Shown: in pieces, positions 61,794-64,000 of the stretch | Layout of the letters: each line of letters starts with the position of its first letter | Numbering within the stretch: the stretch's first letter is position 1 | NCBI GenBank assembly: GCA_964188305.1 | Contig: OZ076890.1 | Length of the DNA: 64,000 nucleotides | Reading direction: 5' to 3' (one strand) | Source of the DNA: Podarcis bocagei | Lineage: Eukaryota | Translations under genes and position numbers: made by a program | Notes under the pieces: model-generated | Databases searched by the model: none | Told to the model about the DNA's origin: nothing | The model's input: only the letters and a program-made list of their open reading frames with translations

Positions 61794-63474
61794 AATTCAG
61801 GTTTGGCACTTAGGCCACTGAACCAAGCATGAAAGAAACTGTTGCCTGACGAGACTTTGTTTACTCTTCATCATTTCTCCTTCCTCAATATGTTTTCCTT
61901 TTCTATTTTGGATGCTCCTCGGGGGGGAAAAAAGTCAGCATGCTTTCCTCATTTTTAAAGTTACGTTAGTACTCAGCCTTGTCAACTGTGGGAATCAGCT
62001 GCAGCAACTGCCTTGGGGAATGAATTCCCAAAGCAGGGATTCTCATAAGAGAAATCCCTACTGAGGCATTTCACCATGGGAGCAAACAGCAGTGCATCTC
62101 GGCTGAAGTAAATTGCTGCTTGACAGGTTGTATGCTGAGAACCAGGCTCAGGTGGAGAGGTCCCAGGCTATTTGGGATTTAACAGTCATTGCCAACAACG
62201 TGAATTGGACTGTGAATGGAGGACTTTCCTTTACAAATAACACAACACTCCCATCTCTTTAGCCTATTATAGCAAATCTATTACTATCTAGAATCGCCAT
62301 TGCCGCTGACACAGCTCCCTGTACCACAGCTGAGACTATACTTCAAACTCTGAAGGGTCAGCATCAGTTTTTTCAGACCTTTCAGGTGCTAGTCTCAAGC
62401 CTGGCTAACTAAAGTAAATGCATCCAAGCATTTAACATAACATCACAACTGTTTTGGCCATCAGTGTGCGTAGGAGTGAAGCTTTAAATTGCTACACCAA
62501 AAACAAATTCCTACGGACCAGCATTTAACTTAACAATAACAATACTTGCTATTTATATACATTTTTGAGTGTTCAAAACACTTCACATCCATTATCTCAA
62601 TGCTACAGATACTTCTAGGTACTCAGGCAGCCTAGCACATGGGATTTCCCCAACTGTATTATGTATCGGTTCTGCAAATACCCACTTGGATTCTGAGCTA
62701 TTTATTTCAATGTGTCTCTGGGGCAGAAAGCCGAGCTACTTAGATTTCACACTGCCAGAAGAAGACAAACTGTATGTTCATGAACTCTATGAATATATAT
62801 ATACGAATTCCAATATTTGTACCAGCTTGTGTATTGTTTGCCCGATTCAGTGCAAGTCAGAGTTCCCACGACTTTAAAAGTTGCATAGTATTAGCAATTG
62901 CAGATTCTCCTTCCATAATGGAGTGCTAGAAGAAGCCGTATCTTGCAAAATTCTCTACTCCTATGAACTACGTTAGATACAACTCTACAACGTTTTCTTT
63001 TTAAGGAAAAGGAGTTGCAAGTGCCTGTAATACAGCAAAAGTACTAGTGGAGGAAAATATACCTGCTCCTGGCTGCCACCCAATCCTTGGGCTATTTTCT
63101 TACTCAGCTTCCCCAACTACTTCCTTCCCTTATGGGAAAAGGTATGTGGACCTAGATCTTTTCACAAGGAAAGGTAAAATAAAGAGCAGGCTAGGTCACA
63201 TACACAGCATATATTTAAAACACAGGGTTTCCCCCAAAGGGTGCTGGGAAGTGGATCTGTGAGGGTGTAAATGACAGTTCCCAAGATTCTTTGGGGGAAG
63301 CCATGTTCTTTAAATGTATGTTGCGGATGTGACCTTAGAGGGGCACTTTGAGCAGGAAAACTGAAGAGAGGGAAAGGGTTAACTACCTTCTTCCCACCAC
63401 CTGCTTCTCCAGTCCCACTTACCCACACTGGAAGCGGCTTTTGCTATTTCACATGTCGGCTGGGATCTCTAGGG

Positions 63475-63965
63475 CAGTGTTTCCCAACCGGTGTTCCCCG
63501 GCACACGAGTGTGCCGTGAGACACCGGCTGGTGTGCCGCGAGATGCCTGGAGGGAGGCGGGCGAGTCGGGCGGCGAGAGGCGGGGCGGGGGCGGCGAGGA
63601 GAGGCCGTGCCTCCTGCTGCTGCCTGGCGCTCCTCCTCGCAGCCGGCAGCGCTGCCTGGGCGCCTCCGCGCGACTCTGCCTCGCTGGGTTTGGTCTCCCA
63701 GCAGAGACGGGTCACACGCGCCCCTCCCTCCCTCCCTCAGCCTGCGCGGAGGGAGAGCCAGAGAGAGGCATCGCTCCTGCGCTCCGAGGCGGATTGAGCG
63801 CAGCTGAGAGGAGCTGCCGAGGGAAAAAACGTTCACTTTTGTGCGTCCCTCCCGGCGTGACGCTGCGCGCTGACGTCACGGGGCGGGGCTTTAATGGTGG
63901 TGTGCCGCGAGATTTTTTTTTAGTACACAGGTGTGCCGTTGCCCAAAAACGTTTGGGAAACACTG
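63475..63965. mobile_element. Young non-autonomous hAT (Charlie-type) element, 491 bp, with CpG-rich interior
   Basis: 13-bp TIR CAGTGTTTCCCAA/TTGGGAAACACTG, perfect 8-bp TSD CTCTAGGG (63467-63474, 63966-63973), subterminal GTGTGCCG repeats. Confidence 0.93.
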
Positions 63966-64000
63966 CTCTAGGGCAGCAACATGTTTAATGCTGAAAAATG

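Noticed and set aside
63348-63988. CpG-rich block with ORFs as the first exon of a neighbouring gene
   Set aside because: The GC-rich part is bounded by TIRs and a perfect 8-bp TSD, so it is transposon interior. The ORFs are GC artefacts.

Overview
Vertebrate genomic DNA from a squamate reptile, most likely a lacertid lizard judging by the Sauria-SINE, L2, CR1 and hAT repeat content. Two intact, convergent, multi-exon genes fill most of the window. ACP6 (lysophosphatidic acid phosphatase type 6) is on the + strand: 10 coding exons, 1270-14682, 412 aa when spliced, with RHGxRxP and HD catalytic motifs. BCL9 (Wnt/beta-catenin co-activator) is on the - strand: 7 coding exons, 32580-17555, 1411 aa when spliced, with candidate 5'UTR exons and a CpG-island promoter at about 51.9-53.7 kb. 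This tail-to-tail order matches human 1q21. Exon boundaries were read by hand from GT/AG sites and all reading-frame phases are consistent. The most interesting structure is the BCL9 leader. The annotated-type start codon has a poor Kozak context and is preceded by overlapping upstream ORFs in all three frames. One of these is in frame with BCL9 and separated from it by a single TGA, possibly a relic N-terminal extension. Other points of interest are a young hAT element carrying CpG-island-like cargo with CRE and GC boxes, hAT MITEs carrying the ZNF143/THAP11 motif, a solo LTR nested in a MITE, a tRNA-Asn/CR1-tail SINE, an in-frame retainable ACP6 intron, and a possible spliced orphan ORF upstream of BCL9. 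No rRNA, CRISPR array or true tRNA gene was seen. Family names and cross-species comparisons come from memory, not from database searches.
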